56,544 nt of DNA from Prasinococcaceae sp. CCMP 1430 (GCA_013416795.1 RQSC01000034.1:58870-115413); one strand, 5' to 3'. Positions 43,811 through 56,095 are shown, numbered from the stretch's first letter. The notes: generated from the sequence alone by a model not told the origin. Made by a program: numbers and translations.

Positions 43811-45138
43811 AGGGAGGTCCGGTGACCGAGCGAGGTCCGCCCCCGCCGGCCAGGCCGGCCGCGGCAGCGCCCGCAACCCCAACTCAACGCCTCAACGCTC
43901 CGCGTGTTTAGGGTGGACCCTCCGCACCCCCTCCACGCGCCGCCCGGCCGCGCGCCGCCCGCGCCAACGCGCGGGGGAGCGGGCCGGCACGACCTGTGCG
44001 CGTGCCGCCCGCGCGCCCCCTCGCTCCCCCCCTCTCGCGCTTTCGCTCGTCCTCGCCCGCCCCACCCGCCTGTGCCTTGGATGATGCTGCACGGGTTGGC
44101 GGCCCGTCTTGCTGCGCCCTGACTGATGATGACAGACAGACAGGCAGCGCACCTCTTTCCCTTTCCGCCTCTGCCATAAATGTTTTCGCGGCGGCGCTGC
44201 TGCTGCCGCGCCGCGTGCTGGCTCGCGCGTCGTCGCGCCAGCAAGGCGCGCGCGTTCGCGCCCCCATCAGGCCGCACCGCNNNNNNNNNNNNNNNNNNNN
44301 NNNNNNNNNNNNNNNNNNNNNNNNNNNNNNNNNNNNNNNNNNNNNNNNNNNNNNNNNNNNNNNNNNNNNNNNNNNNNNNNNNNNNNNNNNNNNNNNNNNN
44401 NNNNNNNNNNNNNNNNNNNNNNNNNNNNNNNNNNNNNNNNNNNNNNNNNNNNNNNNNNNNNNNNNNNNNNNNNNNNNNNNNNNNNNNNNNNNNNNNNNNN
44501 NNNNNNNNNNNNNNNNNNNNNNNNNNNNNNNNNNNNNNNNNNNNNNNNNNNNNNNNNNNNNNNNNNNNNNNNNNNNNNNNNNNNNNNNNNNNNNNNNNNN
44601 NNNNNNNNNNNNNNNNNNNNNNNNNNNNNNNNNNNNNNNNNNNNNNNNNNNNNNNNNNNNNNNNNNNNNNNNNNNNNNNNNNNNNNNNNNNNNNNNNNNN
44701 NNNNNNNNNNNNNNNNNNNNNNNNNNNNNNNNNNNNNNNNNNNNNNNNNNNNNNNNNNNNNNNNNNNNNNNNNNNNNNNNNNNNNNNNNNNNNNNNNNNN
44801 NNNNNNNNNNNNNNNNNNNNNNNNNNNNNNNNNNNNNNNNNNNNNNNNNNNNNNNNNNNNNNNNNNNNNNNNNNNNNNNNNNNNNNNNNNNNNNNNNNNN
44901 NNNNNNNNNNNNNNNNNNNNNNNNNNNNNNNNNNNNNNNNNNNNNNNNNNNNNNNNNNNNNNNNNNNNNNNNNNNNNNNNNNNNNNNNNNNNNNNNNNNN
45001 NNNNNNNNNNNNNNNNNNNNNNNNNNNNNNNNNNNNNNNNNNNNNNNNNNNNNNNNNNNNNNNNNNNNNNNNNNNNNNNNNNNNNNNNNNNNNNNNNNNN
45101 NNNNNNNNNNNNNNNNNNNNNNNNNNNNNNNNNNNNNN

Positions 45139-45611
45139 CCGCCGGCGCTCGCCGAGGATGCCTCGATGACCACGTTCGAGGCGCCGGCCGCCACCGAGGC
45201 CGCCGCGCCCCAGGCGGCCGACGTGCCCGCCTTCGCGTCGCAGAGCGCCGAGGCGCCGGCCGTGGCCGTCTCGGACGCCGACCGCCTGCCCGAGGGCAAC
45301 CAGTGGCGCTACAGCGAGTTCGTGTCGGCCGTCGAGCGCGGCCAGGTCGAGCGCGTGCGCTTCTCCAAGGACGGCTCGCAGCTGCAGCTGACGGCCGTCG
45401 ACGGCCGCCGCGCGGCCGTGACGCTGCCCAACGATCCCGAGCTCGTCGACATCCTCGCCGCCAACGGCGTGGACATCTCGGTGAGCGAGGGCGAGTCGCA
45501 GGGCAACCTGACCGCCGTGCTGGGCAACCTGCTCTTCCCGCTGCTCGCCTTCGGCGGCCTCTTCGTGCTCTTCCGCCGCTCGCAGAACCAGGAGGGCGGC
45601 GGCCAGCAGGG

Positions 45612-45645
<34 letters not shown>

Positions 45646-45996
45646 CCGGGTGGCCCGATGGACTTCGGCAAGACCAAGTCCAAGTTCCAGGAGGTCCCCG
45701 ACACGGGCGTGCTCTTCGAGGACGTGGCGGGCGTCGATGGCGCCAAGCTCGAGCTGCAGGAGGTCGTCGACTTCCTGAAGAACCCCGACAAGTACACCGC
45801 ACTCGGCGCCAAGATCCCCAAGGGCGCGCTGCTCGTCGGCCCGCCCGGCACGGGCAAGACGCTGCTGGCCAAGGCCGTCGCCGGCGAGGCGGGCGTGCCC
45901 TTCTTCAGCTGCGCTGCCTCGGAGTTCGTGGAGCTCTTCGTGGGCGTGGGCGCGTCGCGCGTGCGCGACCTGTTCGAGAAGGCCAAGGCCAAGGCG

Positions 45997-46031
<35 letters not shown>

Positions 46032-47085
46032 GGGCCGCCAGCGTGGCGCGGGCATGGGCGGCGGCAACGACGAGCGCGAGCAGACCATCAACCAGCTGCT
46101 CACCGAGATGGACGGCTTCGAGGGCAACACGGGCGTCATCGTGCTGGCCGCCACCAACCGCCCCGACGTGCTCGACTCGGCGCTGCTGCGCCCCGGGCGC
46201 TTCGACCGCCAGGTGACCGTCGACCGCCCCGACGTGCAGGGCCGCACCAGGGTGCTCGGCGTGCACTGCAAGGGCAAGGTGCTCGCCAAGGACGTCGACC
46301 TCGAGAAGGTGGCGCGCCGCACGCCGGGCTTCACCGGCGCCGACCTGCAGAACCTCATGAACGAGGCGGCCATCCTGGCCGCGCGCCGCGAGCTCAAGGA
46401 GATCTCCAAGGAGGAGATCGCGGACGCGCTCGAGCGCATCCAGGCGGGCCCCGAGAAGAAGGGCGCGGTGATCTCGGACGAGAAGAAGAAGCTCGTGGCG
46501 TACCACGAGGCCGGACACGCGCTGGTCGGCGCGCTCATGCCCGAGTATGACCCCGTGGCCAAGATCTCCATCATCCCGCGCGGCGCCGCGGGCGGCCTGA
46601 CGTTCTTCACGCCGTCGGAGGAGCGCCTCGAGAGCGGCCTGTACAGCCGCTCCTACCTTGAGAACCAGATGGCCGTCGCGCTCGGCGGGCGCGTCGCCGA
46701 GGAGATTATCTTCGGCAAGGAGTTCGTGACGACGGGCGCGTCGAACGACTTCCAGCAGGTGTCGCGGGTGGCGCGTTCGATGATCGTCAACTATGGCTTC
46801 TCGGACAAGGTGGGGCAGGTGAGCATGAGCTCGCAGGGCGGCAACCCGTTCCTGGGTCAGTCGGCGGGCCAGTCGGCGGACTACTCGGCGTACACGGCGG
46901 ACATCATCGACGGGGAGGTGAAGGCGCTCGTGGAGAAGGCCTACACGCGTGCGATGGACCTGTGCATGACGCACATTGACGTGCTTCACAAGACCGCCGA
47001 TGCGCTCATCGAGAAGGAGTCGCTCGACGGTGACGAGTTCGCGCGCTTCTTCGAGGACTCCGACGCGCAGCTGTATCTTCAGTAA
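45139..47085 (+). CDS. ftsH: Thylakoid FtsH protease, FtsH1/5 (type A)-like; N-terminus in the gap 44281-45138
   Basis: [12 protein letters not shown], Walker A GPPGTGKT, Walker [29 protein letters not shown], zinc motif [19 protein letters not shown]. Confidence 0.97.
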
Positions 47086-47134
47086 CTAGTGTATTAAATA
47101 ACGATTTCGGTGCAGGCCACGCAGCGGCGTCCCG

Positions 47135-48634
47135 CTACCGCCGCCGGCGCCTCCTCTTTGTCCTGGGCGCGGCGCCGCTCCCGTCGGGCTCGGGCTCGCC
47201 GCGCCGCGCCGCTCCGCCCTCGCCACCCGGCCCCGCCGCCACCCCCTTCTCGAGCGTGGCGGTGGCGCCCCTGCCGAACGCGATTGCGATGCTGTGATGC
47301 CCCGCCGCGCGCCACGCGAGGCAAGCCTCGGTCGGCACTGGGATGGTCAGCGTGTGCTCCACGCCCGACGGGCCGAAGGTGTGCGACTCGCTCTCGAGCT
47401 CGCCGCACGCCTCGCAGTCGCGCCGCACACCCAGCCGAAGGGGCACTTCGGCTGCGAGGCGGAGGAAGCGCCCGTCGCCGTCGCTGTGGCCGCTGCCCGC
47501 CTTGCCGTTCGTCGCGGCGGCGCGCGCCTGCGGTCCCTCGCCGCCCTCGCCACCCCTCGCGCGCGTCCTGGCGGCCTCCTCGAGAAGCTGCTCCTCGGGC
47601 ATGTCGCTGAGTGTGTCAGAGACCGCCTGGTCCAGCTCCTCGATGCCCACAGGCTTGTGCCCAAGCCACACGTTAGTGAGAAAGGTCAGCCTGCGGCCGC
47701 CGTCCTCCGCCCTGAGCGAGGCGAGCGCGCCGTGCAGCCAACGCCCGTCGAACGAGAAGTGCTTGCCGCGGACAGGGTACGACACGCTCGCGCGCGATAT
47801 CGGGCCGTAGAGAGGCGCGCCGCCGGCTGTCCCGTCGGGGATGGTGTCGCCGCCGGACGCGATGGGCGTCTCGCGCTCCAGCACGACCGTCGGGGCGCCG
47901 CTGTCTGTCAAGTAGGTCACGGTGCTCACGCGCGGCGTCACGATCAGGCCCTGGGTGTCCACGAGGTCTTCGTCCTGCAAGCGGGCCATGAGTGCGTGGG
48001 ATGCGCGGGGCGGGCGGCGGGCGCGCCGCGCGATTGCGCGCGTCGGGCGAGGCGCGCGTCAGCCAGCAACGCGCGCCGGTGGCTGCCCGCGCGAGCGAAT
48101 CGGCCGCTCCGCCGCGCAACCGCGCCCATAGTCGCACACCGATCCCACGCACACCTCCTCTAAGCCCACTCGAAGCACCCTGCCTGCATCCACCCACCCA
48201 CCCACCTTGTCCCAGTGCATGCCGATAGCCTCGCCGGTGCCCAGTTGCGCACCACCCTTGCCGCCGCGTACCTGCACCCACCACTCGGCACCGCAGCCGG
48301 GGGAGCGCGCGGCTTCGCTGGTGCCGGCGTGGCCCCTGAAGACGGCGAGCGCCAGCCTCTCGAGCGAGTTCCTCGGCCGTGCCCCCGCGTGTATCCAGAA
48401 GCTCTCCCCGCAGTACACCTCCTCGCAGTCGCGGCAGAGCGCGGCGGCCACCCGGTCGTCATGGGCGCGCACGAGCGCGCCAACGCTGCTCGCACACGCC
48501 GTGCTCAGCTCGGCGACGCCTGCGGGCGCGACGACGCGACCGAGGACATCCAGGCAAAGCTCTTCGACCCATTCGCCGTCGGAGTCGAGGTCGCTGCCAT
48601 CCCTCTCACCCCGCTCGCGCTCGGCTGCGCGCAT
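47135..48634 (-). CDS. Hypothetical protein, 2OG-Fe(II) oxygenase-like; intron 48205-47975
   Basis: GAEWWVQVR, MHWDK/DED, STVTYL, FDGRWLHG, RLTFLTNVW give an HxD...H...R pattern; in-frame GT-AG intron. Confidence 0.65.
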
Positions 48635-48786
48635 TGCTGCGCGCCGGCTCTCGCGCCCGCCCGCGAGCGGGCCGGCAGGCGTGACTCGCGGCGCAGAATG
48701 CGCAGGTCCTTCCCCGGACTCTTTCCAGAGCTTGGCCGACCTCTTTTCGTGCGAAGGCGGCTCCTCGCGGCCCCTCGCGGCCCCTC

Positions 48787-51700
48787 GTGGCCCCGCGCCC
48801 TGCGCCCTGGGTGTGCGGCGGCTGTGAGCGCGCCTCTGACGTCCTGCGCGGCAGCCATGGAGCGAAATGCCGACGCTCCGCAGATTGTGCCACATGCCAC
48901 GCCGTTGGCCGCGCGGCGGCGGTGGCGGCAGAGCAGGCGGCGGATGCTCTTCATTGCGTCGACCTGCTCCATGCCGCTGCCTTGGTGCGTCACGACGGCG
49001 GCCGCGGCGGCGGCGGCGGCCGCTTGGCCGGAGCCGTCGCGCGACTGAATTTCAAGCGACGTGCCCTCGCCGCCGTGAGCGCCCTCGCCACCGGCAGCGC
49101 ACGGGGGGGGGGAGAGGACAGGCAGTCGGTTGCGAGCACGCTCGAGCGCGAACGAGCACCCAGCTCCACTCACGCGATGGTGGTCCCGCCGGGCGCGCCA
49201 CAGCCGGCCTGCGGCGCCACCGACGCGACGTTGCTCGCGCTCTGCGGCGAGGCGGCGCGTCTCGCGTCGGAGCTCGCCGACGGAGGCGGGCTCGCGTTGG
49301 CGTGCATCTGCGCCGAGCCAGGTGCATCCGCAGCGCTGGCCGCAGCGGTCGTGTCGGCACTGCCCTCATGTGCCAAGCGCCAGCTGCTCCTCGTTGATTC
49401 GTCGTGGCCACACGCGAGCAAAGCGGACGCGCCGAGCGCTGGCGGCGCCAGCGGCTGGTACGACGCACTGGACGCGTCGCCGTGGCACGCAGACCTGCGA
49501 AAGGAGAGCCACGCACGATCGCTCAGGAACAAAATCACGGCATCGGTGGAGGACGCGGCGTGGCCATTGGCCGGTGTCGCCGACGCAGGCGCGCCGACGC
49601 GAGCGAGTGGTGGCAATGCCCCCGACGGCGCCCGCGGCGGCGGCGGCGGCGCAGGTGAAAGCGTTGGCGGCGAGCGCGCCGCCGTGCTACTGATTGGGTT
49701 CGGGCAGCCCGCGCCCTGCGCGCTCCGGTGCATCCAGCTATGGCACACAACGACATGCGTGCGCGCGCTCGCGCTGGCGTCGACCGCCCTGCCCGACAAG
49801 GCGCACGCGGCCAAGAAGGTGCTCTACGCCCCGGGGGGGCAAACCGGGCCGGCGCTCGCTGCAGCAGAGGTGCACAGCGGGCACACCAAGGCCGAGGGTG
49901 AGGCACGTAGGCGGGTGGCGTGGGAGTGCGGCCTCCGCCACCTCGTTGGCGACGGGGTGTGCGCGCCCGCGCAAGGGCGGAGCGAGGGGGCTGACGCAGC
50001 GAGCGAGCGAGCGGAGGGTAGCTCTCGGGGCTTTGGCAGCGACCGCGGTGTGATCAGCGCTCATCGCATGGAACCCTCCAGTGCACCGCTCGCGTGCGCA
50101 CTGCCCACGGGTGCGAGGCTCTTCCCCGTCGCCCTCAGCGTCGTGGAGCAGCTGGAGGCAGCGTCGGACAGCCTGTACGAAGCGGCTGGAACAGAACAAG
50201 TGCGCCTCCTCGCGCGCGACAGCGGCCCCGAGGGCGGCGGTGGCGCTGCGCTGGTGTGCGACTTGGTGCGCTCGGAGGCGACGCGCTTCGGCAGCGGTGG
50301 GTACGCCGACGCGCACTATGTGCGGGAGGATCCAAACGCTCACGGTGCCTACTTCGAGCTTGCTGATGCGTGCAGCGGCATGCGCTTCTGCTACGCCGCG
50401 CTGAGCGTGTTTGACCCGTCCAAAAGCGTGCGCTGCAGGCCGTACGCGCCGCCCGGGAGGCAGCTCATCGTCGCGCAGGTTGACCGCCTCGCCGTGCTGC
50501 CGACGATGCGGAGGAGGGGCGCGGCTAAGGTGCGCGTCGACAGAGTGTGTGTGCGTGCGTGTGTGCTTGCGACAAGATGCGTGGGTCGCAGGCGAGACAG
50601 TGTGCACCTTTCCCGCCGCGGGTGCGACCGCGCGGCGCCGCGCGCGCGTTCGCTGACGCGCGGTCCCACTCGGCGCGCGTGTCGCTCTCGCGCCAACTCA
50701 CCGCTTGCACGATTGGTCGCCCGCTACGCCTAGGCAATGATCGAGCGCCTCGGGCGCGCGTGTGCGTCCATCGGCTACCCGCTTCGCATCCGCACCGCTT
50801 CGGAGGAGACGCGTGCCGCCTTCGATCGCATGGCGTGCTTGAGTTTCGAGGGCCACATCGCAAAGGCATCGCACAGAGGCGTGAACAAGGCGAGGCCGCG
50901 CAAGGTGTACGCCGACCTTTCCAGCGAGGCTCACGGCTCGCAGCGCGGCGGTGGCGGCGACGGGCGGGCACTGCATGAGGGGCGGCCGGGTGGCGCGGGC
51001 GGAGAGGGAGACACTGGTGGCGATTCGAGCGACTCTGATCCAGAGTCGCTCGACTTCGGCGGCGGCGACGCGGCGCTCGAGCGTCTGCTACGACATACCT
51101 TGTCGGTCCTGAACCGCGCATCACCAACGCACGCGCGCAGGGCGCGGCGGAGGCTCCGCCGCGTGGCGAGGGTCGCGGCGATCCTCGGTGCGCCGCAGTT
51201 CCGCGCTGTGTGCGAGTGCATCGCCAGTGCAGCATCTCGCGGGGGGAGGGAGATCGCTCGCTTCTATGGAGAGTGCGCGGCGGGGATGGCCCGAGCACTG
51301 GACGCGGGCGAGCAGAATGCACACGGCCGCCTCGAGTACGGTGCGTGCGCCGGCAGCGCCGGCGTCGCGCTGCCTGATGCTCGCACGATGCTGCACGAGG
51401 TCGCGGAGGAGGCTGCGGATGCGGCGCGGATGTCGATGCGCCGCAGCAGCTGCAGCGAGCTCCGGACGGCGGAGGCGGGGAGGCTCGAGGCCGCGATGGT
51501 CTTCGCCGCTGCGGCCGCCACAGGGGTGGCAAACGAGGCCACGTTGGTGGCCCAAAGCTGCGGCGTCGCGTCGGCGTGCCTCGATGCCAACGGCGCCTCC
51601 GCTACGCGTGCCGCGGCCGCCGACGCGACCCTCCCGTTGGTCTCGGCGTGTGTGCGCATGTGCGATGGCGCGATCGCGGCCGCCGAGGCACTGGTCGCGG

Positions 51701-52071
51701 CTCGTGAGTCACCACCAGCAGCAAGGGCGCTGGCAGGCGCCGAGGCAGAGGCCGCGTGCGCCGCGCTCGAGACGCTCGGCGAGGCGCTCGCCAAGGCAAG
51801 GCGGGCGTGCTCGGAGGAGGGCGGTAGCGCCGCGGCGCTGAGCGGAGCGCTGCGGGTGCTCGACGCGCCCGCGCGCCGCCTGTCGGCGCTCGCGCAGGGC
51901 CCCGGCGGCGCCCCTGCGCGCGCTCCCGCGCTGCCCCCCCGGCCTACCCTTCGGTGCGCCTCCCTGGACGAGCGCCGCGAGCGCGGCTGGNTTTGGCACG
52001 GGGTTGTGAGTACCTGGCTGGGACGAGGCCGCCGCGACCTCCTGCGTGCAGCTGCGCGCTCCGAGTGGTGA
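48787..52071 (+). CDS. Large hypothetical protein with a GNAT-like acetyl-CoA-binding motif; intron 50530-50733; both ends uncertain
   Basis: VDRLAVLPTMRRRGAAK/AMIERL is a GNAT motif A, completed across a phase-0 intron with GCTGAC; n at 51991. Confidence 0.55.
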
Positions 52072-52372
52072 GTCACGCGACAGGGGGCGCGTGGCCGGCG
52101 CGTGCCGCGACCGGGACGGAACGTAGGCGCAACCAACGGGTCGTAACCGCCGGCGCCGAGCGCGAAATTGGCGGCTGTGGCGCGTGGTGGCTGCGGTCGT
52201 GGCACGTGTTTAGAATTGTGTGAGATCTTTTGGTGCGGGCGGGGGCTGCGTGCGCTGGCGCCAGCGTGCCGCACCGCCCGCGCCACACCGCCACTGCCGC
52301 GCAGCGCGACCCAGAGCCCGCCAGCGCGCTTCTCACCGCCCCTCCACTCCGCCGCAGCCAGCGCCTCGGGAG

Positions 52373-53754
52373 ATGGCGCCGCCGCGCGCCCTCCTGCTGG
52401 TCCCGCTGGCGCTGAGCCTCGCGCCGCGCCACGCTTCCGCTCAGTTCGGATGCTACAGGTGCGGCGCGCGTCTGCGCGCTGCCAATATTGGCGGACGGGC
52501 GCGGGCAGACCGTGCGGGGCGCGTGAGCACGCACTCGCGGAGTCCACTGGCGCGCTGTTGTAGCTCGCGCTGACCCTCCACGACGGTGGCTCCGTCTGTC
52601 GGCGCCGGAACTGGCTGGGCGTCGGCGCGGCGCGCTGTGCGCCTGCTTCGTGCTTTGCGGACGTCTGATTCAGTCCCGTCTCACACGTGTGTGACTGCCC
52701 GGCGACCGCCGGCGACCTGGCGGCCGCCGAGGACGCGTGCGCGCCTGGCGGCGGCATCTGGACCGACGGCTGCAGCAGCTGTGATGACTTTGATGATGCG
52801 ACTGCCCCCTCCGAGGGTCCCACCATGCTTGACATGGAGTGCCCGTGGTCCGAGCCAGTGAGCGAGGTCCATGCTGCCCACTACGGCGGGTGCGTGGAGT
52901 TCCCTTCAGCGGTGAACGGCAGCACTGGCGACTGGGCCGAGTTTCTGGTGTTCGGCGGTCGCGACGTGACGCTCTACGCGGACGAGGCGAGTTGGATGGA
53001 CTGCAACACCACTGGTTCCACGACCATTCTGGAGCCCGTCTCGAAGGGCGGGCGCGATGTGATGATCACCTTCAACCAGGCCGGCAAGTACTACCTCGGC
53101 TCCAACGGTTCGTGCGCCGACGGGCTCAAGGTTATCTTCAGCATCGAGGGCGAGACCACCAACGAGACCAACGCTCTCTCTTGGGCCGACGAGAACGTCT
53201 TTGCACCCGATATCGCTGCGAATGCGACCGCCGGCCACGAGGCCTTCGGCAAGGGGGTCTACCACGACCGCCAGTACGATGCCCAGCTTCACACCGCCTG
53301 CGAGGACGACGTCTGCCTCGACCGCAACGCTTCTCGCGGGAGCTGCTACTACGCGGGCGAGGACTTCCACATCGGCCACGCCGTCTTCTGCGATGTCACA
53401 GAGGTCGAGTGCTGCGGCTACGTCAACTGCAGCAGCGCCGAACAGGGGAACAGGGGCAAGTTCCAGAACGGAACTTCGCACGACTACTACTGGTACGCCC
53501 CTGGTTTCATTTCGGGGCAGTCCGGCTGCTGCCACTGCGCCGCGGACTGCGACTTCGCGGCACAAGACGCGGCGAAGGCGGAGTCGGGCAAAGAGGATGC
53601 CTGTGAGTACCGCGACGTGAGCTCGCCGGAGTGCCAGCGCGCTCCTTCTCCTTGGAGCCTCGAGTACGACACCATCGGCTACCTCAAGTGCCCCTTCCCA
53701 GAAGGCACCAGCTTCTCCGACGCCACCGTGCGCGAGACGGTCTCGGATGAATGA
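52373..53754 (+). CDS. Secreted acidic Cys-rich protein with a phytocyanin/cupredoxin-like domain; exons 52373-52458 and 52674-53754
   Basis: Signal peptide MAPPRALLLVPLALSLAPRHASA; in-frame GT-AG intron; DC...ITFNQAGKYYLGSNGSCADGLKV resembles the phytocyanin C-terminus. Confidence 0.75.
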
Positions 53755-53903
53755 GGATGAGAACGTCGAGCGCGCGCACAGCAGCGCTGTAGGCAGCCGG
53801 CCGCCGCGACACTCGCGCCCAGCGCCAGCGCTCCACTTCGTGTTCTGTCCCACTCGCACCAAGGCCGAGAGGACTAAGACCAAAATGTACGTACGCGTGT
53901 GTA

Positions 53904-54788
53904 TCAATGCGTGCGAGTTCCCCCACGCGCGCGCGCGCTGTGGCCGCGCAGCCCGCAACCTGCACCGCGAGCGAGAGCGGCGGGTGGCGTGGCGCTTGGG
54001 TGTGGGTTTGGGTTTGGGTTTGGGTTGGTTTTGGTTTTGGTTTTGTGGTTGGTATACGCGCTGCCGCGCGCCGCGCTTGGCGCGTGCGGCGCGGCGGAAA
54101 AAATGAATCGCTTCTTTTTTACATTCGTTTTGACCTGGGCTGGAGGGCGAGGGGCCGACTGCAATTCGCACGTAAAAATGCATGAGGACAGCGGACGGCG
54201 TCGAGCGCCGTTCGTGCCGCATCTACGAGGGCCGTGGTGCCGATGCTGGTGGCCGTCACTCGCGCTGGGCAGAAGAAGAGGGAGTCGTATCGACGGTGTG
54301 CTCGTCTCCCTCGGCCTCCTGCTGCGCAGCCCCAGAAAGAGGAGGGCGGCCACCACGGCGGCGGCGACGACGCTGGCGGCGGAGATGCCGCCAGCGTAGT
54401 GAGGCGCGGAAGTCCTCGGAGGCGGGCTCTCGGGAGTGGGAGGCGGTGGACTCGGAGGAGGAGGAGGATGACGAGTCAGGCTCAGAGGAGCCGGGCTCGG
54501 AGGAGCCGGGCTCGGAGGAGCCGGGCTCGGGGGAGACGGTGGAGGGGGTGGAGGGGGCGGGCTCGGAGGGGACGGGCTCAGAGGAGGTGGTGGTGGACGA
54601 GCAGGGCTCTGGGGAAGAGATACATGAAAAAGAGGTCGACGGGCGCAAAAGAGGTGCGTGAAAACGCGGCCGCTGGTCGTACACCCGCCGGGGTCGCGTC
54701 CGCGCGCCACTGCGCGCGCCGCTCGTGCAAAACACCTCAGACAAAAATGCAGCACGTGCCCTGCAGACATCGCATGCCGACACGCCAC
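53904..54788 (-). CDS. Putative Pro-rich (PPSPA repeat) single-pass membrane protein; exon limits uncertain
   Basis: SPPPP/PPSPAP repeats, then TM GISAASVVAAAVVAALLFLGL and basic RSRRPR. Confidence 0.5.
   Translation of the reverse strand: MACRHAMSAGHVLHFCLRCFARAARAVARGRDPGGCTTSGRVFTHLFCARRPLFHVSLPQSPARPPPPPLSPSPPSPPPPPPPPSPPSPAPPSPAPPSPAPLSLTRHPPPPPSPPPPTPESPPPRTSAPHYAGGISAASVVAAAVVAALLFLGLRSRRPRETSTPSIRLPLLLPSASDGHQHRHHGPRRCGTNGARRRPLSSCIFTCELQSAPRPPAQVKTNVKKKRFIFSAAPHAPSAARGSAYTNHKTKTKTNPNPNPNPHPSATPPAALARGAGCGLRGHSARARGGTRTH
53995..54052 (+). repeat. (GGGTTT)n(GGTTTT)n telomere-like microsatellite
   Basis: Direct reading; contains at least four GGG runs, so a G-quadruplex is possible. 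Confidence 0.75.
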
Positions 54789-55015
54789 TCCATGTCAGTG
54801 CCAAAGTATATCAAAATCTATCAAATAGATCAAAAACGTCACACAGGCATAACTCTGCGCTCAAGGGTGCATTTCGACATCTGAAGAGTACTACGGGATC
54901 GCCATAATCAGCCGCAGCCTCTGCGCGCTCAAGCCGGGCGAAAGGACGCCTGCAAGCCGCTCGTCATGGCACCGCCGAGACGGTACAAAACCCTGAAAAC
55001 CCTACCCTGAATTCT

Positions 55016-55113
55016 CCCAAATCCCAAATCCCAAATCCCAAATCCCAAATCCCAAATAGGGTTTAGGGTTTAGGGTTTAGGGTTTAGGGTTTAGGGTTTA
55101 GGGTTTAGGGTTA
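55016..55113 (+). repeat. (CCCAAAT)6 followed by TAGGG(TTTAGGG)7TTA, an internal telomere-type array
   Basis: Counted directly; TTTAGGG is the Arabidopsis-type telomere repeat. Confidence 0.95.
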
Positions 55114-55772
55114 CCGCCGGAGACGCGAGGGCGGACGCCGGCGCCGCGGCGGCTCGCCCCCCCGGCCTGGTGGCGGCGTCGATCGGCCCCTACGGCGCCG
55201 TGCTGGCGGACGGCAGCGAGTACACCGGCGCGTACTCCGTGCCCCGCGCCGAGCTGCTCGAATTTCACGCGCGGCGCATCGCCGCGCTCGAGCGCGCGCG
55301 CCCCGACGCGTACGCGGTGGAGACGCAGCCAAACGCGGAGGAGGTGGCGGTCATCCTGGAGGCGCTCGAGCGGGAGGCGCCTCGCGCCGAGTGCTGGGTG
55401 AGCTTCAGCTGCGCCGACGGCGAGCGCCTGTGCGACGGCACGCCCGTGGCGGTGGCCGCGTCCGCGGCCGCCGCGCGGCCATGCGTGCGCGCCGTGGGCG
55501 TGAACTGCGTGGCGCCGCGCCACGCGGGGAGCCTCCTGGCGCGCATTGCGAGCGCGACGGACAAGCCGCTGGTGTGCTACCCGAACAGCGGCGGCGCGTG
55601 GGACGCGGCCGCCAAGGAGTGGATCGACGGGACCGACGCCGACGACGCGCACCTCGCCTGCCACGCGAGGGAGTGGTACGCCGCGGGCGCCAGGCTCATC
55701 GGCGGCTGCTGCCGGACGACGCCGCGCACCACGCGCGCGATGCGCGCGAGCCTCACGCAGCAGCGGCGATGA
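55110..55772 (+). CDS. Homocysteine S-methyltransferase (HMT/MmuM), lacking the N-terminal third
   Basis: LVAASIGPYGAVLADGSEYTG, GVNC, YPNSG, IGGCCRTTP (zinc Cys motifs); TGTAA at 55891. Confidence 0.92.
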   Translation, partial: VTAGDARADAGAAAARPPGLVAASIGPYGAVLADGSEYTGAYSVPRAELLEFHARRIAALERARPDAYAVETQPNAEEVAVILEALEREAPRAECWVSFSCADGERLCDGTPVAVAASAAAARPCVRAVGVNCVAPRHAGSLLARIASATDKPLVCYPNSGGAWDAAAKEWIDGTDADDAHLACHAREWYAAGARLIGGCCRTTPRTTRAMRASLTQQRR

Positions 55773-56095
55773 TGAGTGTGTTTTTGGCGCGTGTTACGTG
55801 TGCTGACTGAGGGCGCGTGTAGCTGCCGCTCCGGGGGGAGTTAGGGTGGTGGTGGTGGTGGTGGGGCAGGCGGCGGCCCCCGTGTGTGTGTGTAACGATA
55901 GCGATGGTGTAAAATTAGCCCGTGACAACGAGTGCGGCAGCGAGGTCGCATGGGGCCCGTCTGACGACGGCGCTGGCCAGGCGCCCTCAGAGGAGCGACA
56001 GGTCGCCCTGCGGTGACCGAGTTGATGACCGAGTTGCCGGGCGGTGGCCGAACTGCCCGGCGGTGGCCGACTCGCCCGGCGATGACCAGGCGCCC

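Noticed and set aside
3960-52673. Introner-type repeated introns
   Set aside because: The introns compared by eye share only GC richness and usually a GCTGAC branch point, with no extended sequence identity.
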